Positions 43,470 through 57,168 of a stretch of DNA of 64,000 bases are shown here, in pieces (positions within the stretch are counted from its first letter, which is position 1; each line of letters opens with the position of its first letter). The notes beneath the pieces are model-generated. The model had not been told where the DNA came from, did no database searches, and worked only from the letters and a program-made list of their open reading frames with translations. Both the position numbers and the translations under genes were made by a program. This DNA is from Chrysomallon squamiferum (Eukaryota > Animalia > Mollusca): contig CM022667.1 in the NCBI GenBank assembly GCA_012295275.1, positions 1,550,001 to 1,614,000 of the forward strand. The letters are read 5' to 3'.

Positions 43470-44904
43470 TCATCGGCCTACAGCATCACATGCTTCAGCA
43501 AGCTTCTGCAGTGTGACAGGATGATACTGACTTTTCCACTGTCGTAGCATTTGGTAAACCACTTCGTACTGACCGTCTGCTCTATATTGCATTTCGAAAT
43601 TGTCCAGTTGTCCTTCTGAAAGCCCCAGCTTACGACCTAACATCCTCCATTTTTTACCTATGTGAGTAGCAATGTAGCCCATTTGATCCTGTGTAGGTTC
43701 AGCTGTTGAAGCTTAAAATAACAAGAAGACAAATTTGATTGGCCAGTGAAAATAAATTTGTGCCAAACAAATAATATAAAAATATATATATATAAAAAAA
43801 ATAATGAAAGTTTTTAATTATGAATTATGTATACACACAGGAACACACACATACACACCCACACACACACACACATATAAACACACATGCATACACACAC
43901 TCATACATGCACTGAAACTGGCAAATACACAAACATGCATATAAAAGTGCATACAGATATGTATGTATGTATGTATATGTAAACACACATTAACACACAC
44001 AGTTCTGGCTTATTCTCTCCAAAACAAAGCATTAAAAGTCAATTTGGTAAAAAAAAAATATTAAGACAGCAGATGCAGCTTTATAAGATAAATGATATTC
44101 AATCACATTTACCTAATTTCAAAGACTGTGAAAGTATGAAGCACTGTAAAACAGGGGCTGACTAAACTATTACTAGTATTAATGTTACTACTACTAGTAC
44201 TACTTCTAATACTACTACTATTATTATTATTATTATTATTATTAGATCAAGTTAAACTGCTATTTGTCTGACTGAAACTCCTCTGTCTATCTTTAAGATT
44301 TGTTTAAGAAATTTGAATTACTGATGGAATAAAATTTTTTTAAAAAGATATAAATAATAATATCTTTATAACATACCACGGTCTTTAGAAGGGGTGGCAT
44401 CATCATCAAGATCCTGGAATGATACAAGAAGAAAACTTTTATAAAATTGAAAGGTAACTGTTAATTATCTGAAATTTTGCAAGAACAGACTCCAAATAGC
44501 TACATGATTTGAAAAAAAATAGTAATAATAATAAAATAAAATAAAATAAAACCAAAAATACAAATTAAACTGTTTTAAGTGAATGTATATGTATGTGTAT
44601 ACATGAAAAGAAATCCATACAAAACATGTATACTTTTTTATGTTCTTTTGTTGTCGTCTTTTTAAAACTTTTTATACATATATTTTGTTAAATGGACATA
44701 ATATCAGCATAACATATATGATATTCAAAATCTTTCTAAAACCAAATGCTCATACTTAATTTGGATATATATATATTATTATTATTATTATTATTATTAT
44801 ATTATTTTTTCTGTCTCAAGAAATACAATCTGATTAAAAATGTTTAAGCTTATTGATCATAGATACTGTTTATAAATACTTACATTATCTCTCCTGCTTG
44901 CCAT
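43470..44904 (-). CDS. IMD/RIPK1-like death-domain adaptor, copy A: lacks the RHIM exon, DD prematurely stopped (possible pseudogene)
   Basis: Exons 44884-44904 (accATGG; MASRRDN), 44377-44413 (DLDDDATPSKDR) and 43470-43711 (DD: IGKKWRMLGRKLGLSEGQLD...YQMLRQWK...LAEAC). A GGA>TGA change removes GDLSDYLS. Confidence 0.75.
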
Positions 44905-45249
44905 GGTTCCTTGTAATGTAAGACTGCCTAAAAATAGTTCTGACCAAAGATAAAAACATGAACTATGTTGAAACACAAACAACAACTACAGAGCTTTTGT
45001 GTTTCCTATCACTGACTGAGCACATTTTGGCAGTAAATGAAAAGCTATCTACCATTTATGGTCAATAATGCCTGTTGAATCAATTAGCAGTATTTTAAAT
45101 AAGAATATAAAAAAAAAAAAAGAAAGAAACAAATTAAATAAAAAAAATATAAAAAGATAAAATAAAAGATATAAAATAAAATAAAAAATTATAAATATAG
45201 ATTCTTTGAATAAACAAAAATAAAACCCTGTTACATACTATACTGTCAT

Positions 45250-45297
<48 letters not shown>

Positions 45298-45606
45298 TAT
45301 AAACTGTAAAGATGTTTTCAATTTATTTAATTAGTTCAATACACACTCATACTGTCTACAAATTCGGTTTATTTTAAGACATATTTTTATGTTTGTCTTT
45401 AGAACCATTATGAAAACTTACCAGCCAAAATGGTGGTGGGAGGATATAAAAAATCAAATACAAATAATAATAATAATAAATTAAAACAATTAAAAATATA
45501 CCACCTTCCCAACAGATAAGCATATTTATTTTTCTAAATACTTCATTATAAAAATATCTGATTTTGAATTTTTTCTGAAAAGTAATCTGTCTTTGAGAAG
45601 ATATTT

Positions 45607-45684
<78 letters not shown>

Positions 45685-46800
45685 GTTTTGTTGTTGTTAT
45701 TTGCTTTCATGATTTTATTTCAAACATGATTAACCGAAATAAGCTTAAGATAATATAATTGTTGTAAATATTAAAAATAGTTATTTCTGATAGAATGTTA
45801 TAAAAGTTTAGCTTTGTTTCATTAAGTAAATTATAAAACAGAACAGAAGAAATAAATACTTAAAAATTAAAATAATAAAAATAAACATTAAAAAATCATT
45901 ATGTAAATATTAAAATAGCATGACCACTTGTCCAGTTTGCTTTACTCTGATCGTGTTGTCACCTATCCTATTTTAAAAATAGTAGCGTCATTGTATAATC
46001 TACATCGTATCTCGAAATTAATTAATATCTAGAAAGTGACTGTAAGCATTTATCGTTATTAGGTGAGAGAAACAATGCGAAAGTGAAAGTAAGAAAAAAT
46101 AAAACAAAATAATAGTGTTTGAATAACAGTTATACCTAACTTGAGCTGCTGATCGTAGGAATTATATAATCTTAAATGTATTTGAGAAGATTACCTTATT
46201 AAGAAAGAATAATGTGGAAAATTTCGTGTACTGTTAACCACAAAACTTTTTCCAACTTCCTTGTATTTTATGTTTCGGTTAACCAATATTCATGTTTCAC
46301 TAGGGTCCTGATAATCGAGACTACAGAAGAAAACAATGTTTGACTGGTACGCATGACTTCGTATAGCTCTATTCAGATCTGAGACAAATGTAATTATTTA
46401 AAATAATTATGTGAATTTAACATTGTACTTAGATGACAATTTTAGACTGTTGAATTATTATTATTATTTTTTTTTTTTTTTTAAATGCAACAACGACAAC
46501 AATATATATTTTTAAAAAAAGACCTAAAAAAAAAAAGAAGAAGAAAAACGAGAAAGAAATGAAAACGCGGGAAATATGTTTTAGAAGATATTTTTAATAT
46601 TTTTAGGAGATTACTTTATTAAGAAGAAATAACGTATTTTTAACCACAATTTTTTTTTCATCTTCCATGTAGTTTATGTCTTGACTAAGGTCCTGATAAT
46701 CGAGACTACATTTGACTGGTACTCATGAGTTTATTTTGCTCTGTTAACATTTGAGACTAATGTAATTATTTTTAATAATTATATGAATTTAACATTTGTA

Positions 46801-47000
46801 NNNNNNNNNNNNNNNNNNNNNNNNNNNNNNNNNNNNNNNNNNNNNNNNNNNNNNNNNNNNNNNNNNNNNNNNNNNNNNNNNNNNNNNNNNNNNNNNNNNN
46901 NNNNNNNNNNNNNNNNNNNNNNNNNNNNNNNNNNNNNNNNNNNNNNNNNNNNNNNNNNNNNNNNNNNNNNNNNNNNNNNNNNNNNNNNNNNNNNNNNNNN
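46801..47000. other. Assembly gap (200 N) inside the tandem array
   Basis: Run of n. Confidence 1.
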
Positions 47001-47137
47001 AATAAAATAAAAATAAAAATAAATAAATAAATAAAGATTGTCTCTTCAATATCGGAAATGACGTCAATACAATTATTGTTATTTGTTTGTACTAGAAATG
47101 CATCCAATTTCAGCTTGAAAATAATTTCATTTTAAAA

Positions 47138-47512
47138 ATGGTAGGTTACTGTCAATACTGGATTCATTTGTTAAATCATAATAGCAGTTTGCAGTAATTA
47201 TTCAAAAAGATATACATTTTGTTTAGTTATTATTTTTTAAAATACCTATAGAAAGAACAAATATACAATCATAACGAAAACAAAATAAAAAAGTATATAT
47301 AAAAAAGAGTAATAATTATTATAGACTTTTGAAATATTGTTATTAATTTCGAAAAATCAGCTTTTGAAACTATTTCAAATAATTTGTGCTACTGAAAGGA
47401 AATGGTTTTATTAATTAAAATCCGGTTTTATACCTATTACCCAGCACATTTCTTGGGTCAAGAATGACGTCATATTTACGGACATTTGTATAGTCAATAC
47501 GAAATAGTCTTC

Positions 47513-47549
<37 letters not shown>

Positions 47550-47625
47550 AAAAAAGAAAAAAAAAAGGATAAAGAAGGTGTTCTATATCGATAGATCTTT
47601 CTCAGTCATAATCCTGATTCAGGAA

Positions 47626-47667
<42 letters not shown>

Positions 47668-49016
47668 TTAAATTCAGGTTCAGGCAGAACAGCAAAATGT
47701 GAATGACCCCAAAACTCCTCTTGTCAGTCATAACGTAAAGGAATACTCCAGTATAAGCGCAAAGTCCGTTGACCTACCCCGACCTGGCAGGTCGTATGGC
47801 ACCAGACTGAAGAGAAGGAAAAACCTGCTGGAACGTCGCAGAAAGATAGTCAACGTGGAATTCGCTCTGGCGATGACTGGATTAATGTTAATGCTCCTTG
47901 TGACAGAGTTGCACTTTGAGGACATATATCCAATTCATTCCGATGTCGCGTTTTACATCAAGCTGGCGATATCAATAACTACTGGGTTTTTACTGCTTGC
48001 TGTTCTGGCTTATCACATTACCGAAGTCAAATTAAAAATGACAAACAAAAATATTTACGATTACCGGATGGTTGTTACGAAAACGTTCGTTTTTAAAGTT
48101 TCTATGGAGCTCCTCGTGTGCGCCGTTCATCCGCTTCCAGGAAACATCAACGTGACGTTTGATACGATAACCGGAGAACAGGGGAGAGTTCCCGTGGACG
48201 CAGTTTTATCCATTCTCATGCTGCTGCGTTTCTACATTGTGATAAAGTTTATTATCGTTCACAGCCACTGGATGATCAACATATACATGCAGAGCGTTGG
48301 GGACCTGAACAAAGTCGACATCGACACTTGCTTTATCTTGAAGAGTCTCATGATGAACAATCCCATACTGCTGACAGTGTCCATGATGCTAACGGTTCTG
48401 TTTATCAACACCTGGGCAATGAGGGCATGCGAATCGTACTACGTACCAGACAGCGACCAGAACGGCCTTTTCAATTCAATGTGGCTCGTAGCGGTGACCT
48501 TCCTCACTGTCGGCTACGGGGATCTCGCCCAACAGTTACTGCGGACGTTTCAAAGCCGCGGAAACGGGTTTCATGGGAGTAGGGATAACAGCACTGCTGG
48601 TGACGGTTGTGACGTCAAAATTCCAACAGACGAGATCCGAACGCTATCTGCACGCATTCATGGCCGAGTCTGAACTGCAGAAGAGAAAGGAAATCGCAGC
48701 TGCCGACATCATTAAGTTGGTGCTGAAGGTGTGGCTGTTGCATCGCCGTAACAAACTGACGCGTCAACTAAGTTTGCTGTATAGAATAAAACTGAACAAA
48801 ACCGTGCAAAAACTGCGAGGAATTGATGACGAAATTACAAGCATCATCGAGAACAATACCGACATAATAGACGTGGGCATCAACATGATCACGGCGGGTA
48901 CCGCACTGGAGAAAGTGCAGATACCAAAAGATGATTTCAAAGAGGACGAGTTTGAAGCTCACATAAAAAGCATTAACAACCAATTAAATGCTATACAATC
49001 AAGTTTGCGACAATGA
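47138..49016 (+). pseudogene. SK-like channel array copy with a 2-bp deletion frameshift just after GYGD (or a sequencing error)
   Basis: ATG exon 47138-47140, main exon from 47678. Reads GATCTCGCCC at 48521 versus GATCTCTCGCCC in sister copies. The ORF splits into 47699-48673 and 48573-49016. Confidence 0.8.
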
Positions 49017-49107
49017 TGTTAAACCAGAGAGAGAGAGAGAAAAAAAAGGTTTATTTTCTCGTCCAAACAAATTTAAAAAAAAAGAAAAGAAAAAAAAAAG
49101 GAAGAAA

Positions 49108-49138
<31 letters not shown>

Positions 49139-49791
49139 TAATAATAATTTTATATTATTTATTTATTTATTTATTCATTTATTTATTTATTTTATTTATG
49201 CTAACAGAAGCCCTCATCTCGATATTACTGCCAATATTACGGCAGCCACAATAGCGTATAAGTTCAGCATTGTTATTTTGGGTTATTTTTGGATACTGAA
49301 CGATTGTTTCCAACGTTTTGTCAATTAAAAATAAAGAAAATATGAAAACATACAGTTTAATGAAAAAAAAAAGTATTTTATTTTGCAAAATTAAACTTAC
49401 TACGAAATGTTAGTAAACAAAAGTAAGTTAAAAACAATACCCATAAGATATATGTATGTATGTATGTGACACAATAGATACAAACAAAATCTTAAAATGT
49501 CCAGTAAACTGAATTCCAAAGAAAACTCGAGTTGTAAACAAACAGTAAAATATTTTAGCAAAATACTACATCTAAAATTTCTAGTATCTAGATAGAAAAA
49601 TACACAAATCCACAGAAAATAAACAAATAGCACTAATGTTTTAGCTTTTCAACAACACAGATCGTACTGCACTCCAGCAGACAATGCTCGAGTTGTTTTA
49701 AGAATATATTTTCCTGTTTATGGAAAATGTAAACCTCAAAATAAATGATTCTATTCTGCCAATTAATTAAGAGCAGCCGTTTGTATTGTGT

Positions 49792-49823
<32 letters not shown>

Positions 49824-50050
49824 TGTCTTATTTACACTATCTACATTTATCTCTTCTTCTTGTACACTCTCTCTTTTAATACACCTTTATGAATTAAAAT
49901 CTGAAGATAACAAAATAATTTCCAAAAATAACATAGCCATTCACTGGCAGATAACCCAATATTAGATAAAAAAACAAACAAAAAACACATCATTTTGCAC
50001 AATGATTTTAAAATAACAAAGTTGGTGCTAATTTTTCAAGAAAACAACGG

Positions 50051-50081
<31 letters not shown>

Positions 50082-51708
50082 ATTACTTTTTCATTGATTT
50101 TGCAGTCAAAATTATTTGTGAAATGGAATTCTCATTAATGTTAAGTTGCTAAAAATGATCAACCAAATTTTAACCTGGTATTTTTAAAAAGCTCTTTGAT
50201 CAATAAAGATAACTTAAAAAAAAATATAAAATAAAATAAAATAAAATAAAATTATATATCTATAAAGAAAATAACTTTAAAAAATAAATGATGGCATAAA
50301 TAATGGGAGATTATTGTTATTGTTATTTTATTTATATCTTATCAATAACTACTAACAATTTGACTGGCTATAATAAAAAAAAGGAATTCTAAATGAACAA
50401 CAAAAAAAGTAAAAATAAAAGTTTAAAAAAAGGGAGTATCACAATTGTCAAGAGACACTTGATAGTTATTACATAACAGATAATCAAAAAGTACTGTTAA
50501 GAAACAATGTATTTTACCTTTCAGTTTTCTCAAAACTGAAACCATGACAACATTTAAAGTTAGATATTGACAAAAACAGAAAAACAAAGAAGCGGAAAAA
50601 AAATAAAAATAAAAATAAAAGAAAGAAAAGAATGAAAAAGGAGAATGAAAAAAAATTAAAAGGAATATAAATAAATAAAAAAGAAAAAGCTGGATTGAAA
50701 TAAAACAAAGGAAACAATTTTAAATATTCAAATACAAATTTTTCATATTATGCTCATATTAAAAAATATCTAGTAAATATTTTTTATTACATTCAATGTA
50801 TTTAGATGATACTTGACTTAAATTTTCCCAGCTACATTTTTAAATTCACAAACAAGGAACATTTTTAGTTCTATAAAAAATAATATATAAAGTTAATTTC
50901 TGTACATTCATGTAGTGATATATTCATTATTATTAATATTCTAAAAGTCAAAAAGTCAATAAAAAAAAAAAAATAATTAAATCAGTTTAATTAAATCAGT
51001 CTAGCTCAAAATAGCAGACATCTGTAAACAAATGAATCTTAACATTATACAGCTTAGAAAAGTGAAAGTGATTCTACGTTTGTAGATGTAATATACATTT
51101 TAGTAAGTCTATTCAGATTTGAGTTTATGTCCAGCCTGTTTACAAGTGTCAAAGTTCTTTTACTTAATATACTGAAATCTGCAATGAAATTCATGGGTAT
51201 AGCTATTTAAATATACAGTTCTGATCCTCTCTGTATTTGTTTAATACCTAAATCTTTTCTGATGACTTAAGAAGATTTTTAATTTTGTAAAAATGTATTC
51301 CATGTGAAGATGTTCAGTATTACTGTTGACATCAGAAGTAGAATTAACATTCAAGAAATGGAAACAATTCTCAGTCCACTTAAAATTTGTTAACTTTATT
51401 AACATTGTTTTTACAAATAAAAGCATCTACTTACACTCCATAAATAAAACTTGACCACAGTTGCTTAACAATTAAATAATAAAATCACCTTCTTTTCTTT
51501 ACTGACAAACAGTATGTATATAATACACATAGAAAAAAAAATAATCTAATGGTCTGGCTACTTTAAAAATAAAATAAAACAACAGTGAAATGCTAACATA
51601 CATTTTCCCAATTACTTCAGTGTAATGACTGGTTTGTGGAAGAGGATTAAGGACATGATATGCTGCCTTTAATGAAACTCAAGATTCTTTTTGGAGTTTT
51701 TTTTTTAC

Positions 51709-54020
51709 TCAAGAGAGATAATCAGATAAATCTCCTTGGCCTACAGCATCACATGCTTCAGCAAGCTTCTGCAGTGTGAAACAATCAGACTGACTTTTCC
51801 ACTTTAGTAGCATTTGGTAAACCACTTCGCACCTACCCTCTGTGCGATATTCTATTTTCAAATTGTCCAGTTGTCCGTCTGAAAGCCCCAGCTCACGACC
51901 TAACTGCCCCCATTTACTACCTATGTTATCAGCAATGTATTTCATTTGATCCTGTGTAGGTTCAGCTGCTGAAGCTGAAAATAACAAGAAGACAAATTTG
52001 ATTGGCCAGTGAAAATAAATTTGTGCCAAACAAATAATATAAAAATATATATATATAAAAAAAATAATGAAAGTTTTTAATTATGAATTATGTATACACA
52101 CAGGAAGAGAGATAATCAGATAAATCTCCTCGGCCTACAGCATCACAAGCTTCAGCAAGCTTCTGCAAGGTGACAGGATGATACTGACTTTTCCACTGTC
52201 GTAGCATTTGGTAAACCACTTCGTACTGGCCCCCTATTGTATGTTGCATTTTGAAATTGTCCAGTTGTTCGTCTGAAAGCCCCAGCTTACGACCTAACTG
52301 CCTCCATTTACTACCTATGTGAGTAGCAATGTAGGCCATTTGCTCGTGTGTAGGTTCAGCTGTTGAAGCTGAAAATAACAAGAAGACAAATTTGATTGAC
52401 CAGTGGATATAAATTTGTGCCAAACATCAAATATAAAAAAAAAGTATATATATATATAAAATAATAAAAGTACTGAAATAAAATAGTTATTAATTATGAA
52501 TTACGTATACAGTCAGGAACATATATAGATACATACGTACATACACACATACATACACACGCTCATACATGCACTGAAACTGGAAAATACACAAACATAT
52601 AAAAGTGCATACAGATATGTATGTATGTACGTATAGGCAAACACACATAAAGACACAGTTCTGGCTTATTCTCTCCAGGAAAGAAAGTATTAAAAATCAG
52701 TTTGGTAAAAAAAAAAAATTAAGACAGCAGATGCAGCTTTATAAGATAAATGATATTCAATCTGAATGAACTGTGTATAAAAACACTCACTTGTAATTGG
52801 TTTTTTTCGTGCTTTCTTAGATTTCTTTTTGCCAGAACCCGTATACATTTCATTGTTGTTTCCAATCTGAATTGTAGAAGTTTCTGGGTCACCAACAAAT
52901 ACCCTTCTATAACTGCCATCAGGTCCTAAAGTAAAAACAAATATAAAGTAAACTCTAAAAATCTTGAAGTTGCAATCAGATTCAAGATAGTGTTGTATTC
53001 AAGATATTAATCATATGTAACAGAAGAAAAAATAATTACAAATAAAATCGATTGTTCGCGGTCTGATAGTCTACATTCACAATATTATTAAGAACTCCTT
53101 ATATTCAGTGAGTTCACCTAATTTCAAAGACTGTGTAAGTATGAACCACTGTAAAACAGGGATTGAGATAATTAAAAAAACCTAAGAGGAGAAAGTAAAA
53201 ATAAAAATAAAACCCATTTTTTGTGGTACGGTAATGTACATTGATATTATTATTAAAAACTTGTATTCAGTGAATGTTTATCCTTTCTTTCTTTTTTTAA
53301 ATATATTTTAAATCACATTTACCTAATTTCAAAGACTGTGTAAGTATGAACCACTGTAAAACAGGGGCTGACTAAACTATTACTACTATTAATGTTACTA
53401 CTACGAGTACTGCTTCTACTACTACTACTATTATTATTATTATTATTATTAGATCAAGTTAAATTGCTATTTTTCTGACTGAAACTCCTCTGTCTATCTT
53501 TAAGATTTGTTTAAGAAATTTGAATTACTGATGGAATAAAAAAAATTAAAAAAGATAGAAATAATAATAACTTTATAACATACCACGGTCTTCCATATAA
53601 AATGGTGGTTTCATATTTGGTCCATTAAAAGGGGTGGCATCTTCATCTAGATCCTGGAATGATACAAGAAGAAAACTTTTATAAAATTGAAAGTTAACTA
53701 TTAATTATCTGAAATTTTGCAAAGACAGACCCTAAATAGCTACATGATTTGAAAAAAATAGTAATAATAATAAAATAAAATAAAATAAAATAAAACCGAA
53801 AAGAAATATACCAAAAATACAAATTTTAAGTGAATGTATATGTATGTGTATACATGAAACGAAATCCATACAAAACATGTATACTTTTTTATGTTCTTTT
53901 GTTGTTGTCTTTTTAAAACTTTTTATACATATGTTTTGTTAAATGGACATAATATCAGCATAACAAGCATAATATTCAAAATCTTTCTAAAACCAAATGC
54001 TCATACTTAGTTTGGTTATA

Positions 54021-54058
<38 letters not shown>

Positions 54059-54160
54059 TATTTTTTCTGTCTCAAGAAATACAATCTGATTAAAAATGTA
54101 TAAGCTTATTGATCATAGATACTGTTTATAAATACTTACATTATATCTTCTGCTTGCCAT
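51709..54160 (-). CDS. IMD/RIPK1-like adaptor, copy B: caspase site/IBM + RHIM-like motif + two tandem death-domain exons
   Basis: Exons 54140-54160 (MASRRYN), 53584-53653 (DLDEDATPFNGPNMKPPFYMEDR), 52791-52925 (PDGSYRRVFVGDPETSTIQIGNNNEMYTGSGKKK...), DD1 52088-52368, DD2 51709-51974. All are GT-AG and phase-compatible. Confidence 0.82.
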
Positions 54161-54361
54161 GGTTCCTCGTAATGTAAGACTGCCTAAAAATAGTTCTGAC
54201 CAAAGATAAAAACATGAACTATGTTGAAACACAAACAACAACTACAGAGCTTTTGTGTTTCCTATCACTGACTGAGCACATTTTGGCAGTAAATGAAAAG
54301 CTATCTACCATTTATGGTCAATAATGCCTGTTGAATCAATTAGCAGTATTTTAAATAAGAA

Positions 54362-54416
<55 letters not shown>

Positions 54417-54841
54417 AAATAAAAGATATAAAATAAAATAAAAAATTATAAATATAGATTCTTTGAATAAACAAAAATAAAACCCTGTTACATACTATAC
54501 TGTCATTAAATATATATATATATATATATTTTTATAAACTGTAAAGATGTTTTCAATTTATTTAATTAGTTCAATACACACTCATACTGTCTACAAATTC
54601 GGTTTATTTTAAGACATATTTTTATGTTTGTCTTTAGAACCATTATGAAAACTTACCAGCCAAAATGGTGGAGGGAGGACATAAAAAATCAAATACAAAT
54701 AATAATAATAATAAATTAAAACAATTAAAAATATACCACCTTCCCAACAACTAAGCATATTTATTTTTCTAAATACTTCATTATAAAAATATCTGATTTT
54801 GAATTTTTTCTGAAAAGTAATCTGTCTTTGAGAAGATATTT

Positions 54842-54938
<97 letters not shown>

Positions 54939-56803
54939 GTTTTGTTGTTGTTATTTGCTTTCATGATTTTATTTCAAACATGATTATCCGAAATAAGCTT
55001 AAGATAATATAATTGTTGTAAATATTAAAAATAGTTATTTCTGATAGAATGTTATAAAAGTTTAGCTTTGTTTCATTAAGTAAATTATAAAACAGAACAG
55101 AAGAAATAAATACTTACAAATTAAAATAATAAAAATAAACATTAAAAAATCATTATGTAAATATTAAAATAGCATGACCACTTGTCCAGTTTGCTTTACT
55201 CTGATCGTGTTGTCACCTATCCTATTTTAAAAATAGTAGCGTCATTGTATAATCTATATCGTATCTCAAATTAATTAATATCTAGAAAGTGACTGCAAGC
55301 ATTTATCGTTATTAGATGAGTGAAACAATGCGAAAGTATATTTAAAAATTAAAAAACAAAAAATTAAGTTTGAAAACAGTTATATTTAAAAAAATGTATT
55401 TGAAAAACAAAAAAAAAGAATAATAAAATTTCGTGTATTGTTATCCACAAAACTTTTCCCAACTTCCTTGATTTTATGTTTCGGTTAAAAAAGAAATCAA
55501 GAAAAAAAAAACAATATTTGAAACTTCGAAAGCTCTATTCAGATCTGAGACAAATGTAATTATTTAAAATAATTATGTGAATTTAACATTGTACTTACAC
55601 GACAATTTTAGACTGTTGAATTATTATTATGATTTTTTTTTTTTAAATGCAACAACGACAACAAATATATTTAAAAATTAAAAAACAAAAAATTAAAAAA
55701 AGATTAAAAAGAAGAAGAAAAAAGAGAAAGAAATGAAAACGCGGGAAATATGATTGAGAAGATATTTTAAATCTATTTTAGGAGATTACTTTATTATTAT
55801 TATTTGATTATTATTATTATGTTGTTGTTGTAGTAGTAGTTGTTATTTCAAACATGATTAACCCAAATTGCTTAAGATAATATAATTGTTATAAAAGATT
55901 AGTTCTTTTTCATTATTAAGTAAATTATAAAACAGAACAGAACAAATAAAAATAAATACTTTAAAATTAAAATAATCAAAATAATAATCAAAAATCATTA
56001 TGTAACTAATATGACCAGTTGTCGAATTTCCCTAACGCTGATCGTGTTTTCACCTATCCTATTTTAAAAATCGCAGTTTCGTTGAATAATCGCTATAATA
56101 TATGGAAATTAATTAAAACCTAGAATGTTATTGTAAACATTTAATTATCAGTAATACATTATCAGCGAAGCAATGCCAAAGTGAAAGTAAGAAAAAATAA
56201 AATAAAATAATTATGTATGAATAACAGTTATACCTGTTTGGAGGTGAAGATCGTACAAATTATCTACGTTTTATATCTATTTTAGGAGATTACTTTATTA
56301 CGGAAGAATAACCTGGAAAATTTCGTTTATTTTTAACCACAAAAAATGTCCATACGTAGGTCCTGATAATCGAGACTACAAATATTTGACTGGTACTCAT
56401 GATTTCATTTTGCTCTGTTTACATTTGAGACGAATGTAATTATTTTGAATAATTAGGTGAATTTAACATTTGTACTTAGACGACTGTTTTAACCCTTAAT
56501 TGTTGAATTATTATTATTAAAAAGAAAAAAAAAAGAAGAGACAAATATTGATGCCTTAAAGGGATAGAAATTATTTTATTCTATCTTTCCTTTTTTTCTC
56601 TTTTTATTCCGTTAGTTTTAACGATATTTTGGAGTAACTCAAATATTATTCACGCTTATTTCTACACATTTGTGCCTGATAGACTGGATTTGCATGGATT
56701 ATTCTCAATAGACGTGCTACACTGAGAATAACAGCGATGACAAAACAACAGAAATAATAATAACAATGACAATAACAGTAACAAAATTTAGTGCATAACC
56801 ATA

Positions 56804-56862
<59 letters not shown>

Positions 56863-57130
56863 TCTATTAACGATGTTGTTGATTATGCTAACATATAGAT
56901 TATATAACACACACACACACACATACACACATAAATAATAAAATAAAATAAGTATTAAACAAGAAGCTCTAAAAAACAAACAAAAAGCAGCCACACGATC
57001 AGTCAATCAAACTTACAGTTTTACATTAACTTGTAACAAAAGTATACTGAAGATATTTTATTTTATGAATATATTTATTTATCATATCAAAATTTGAAAC
57101 ACAGAAATGTATTTTAATTACAATTTAAAG

Positions 57131-57168
<38 letters not shown>

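Noticed and set aside
46772-47107. ORFs containing X runs
   Set aside because: Artefacts of the N gap.
52719-52919. ORF MAVIEGYLLVTQK...
   Set aside because: Wrong frame of the RHIM exon. Splice phases select the IQIGNNN frame.
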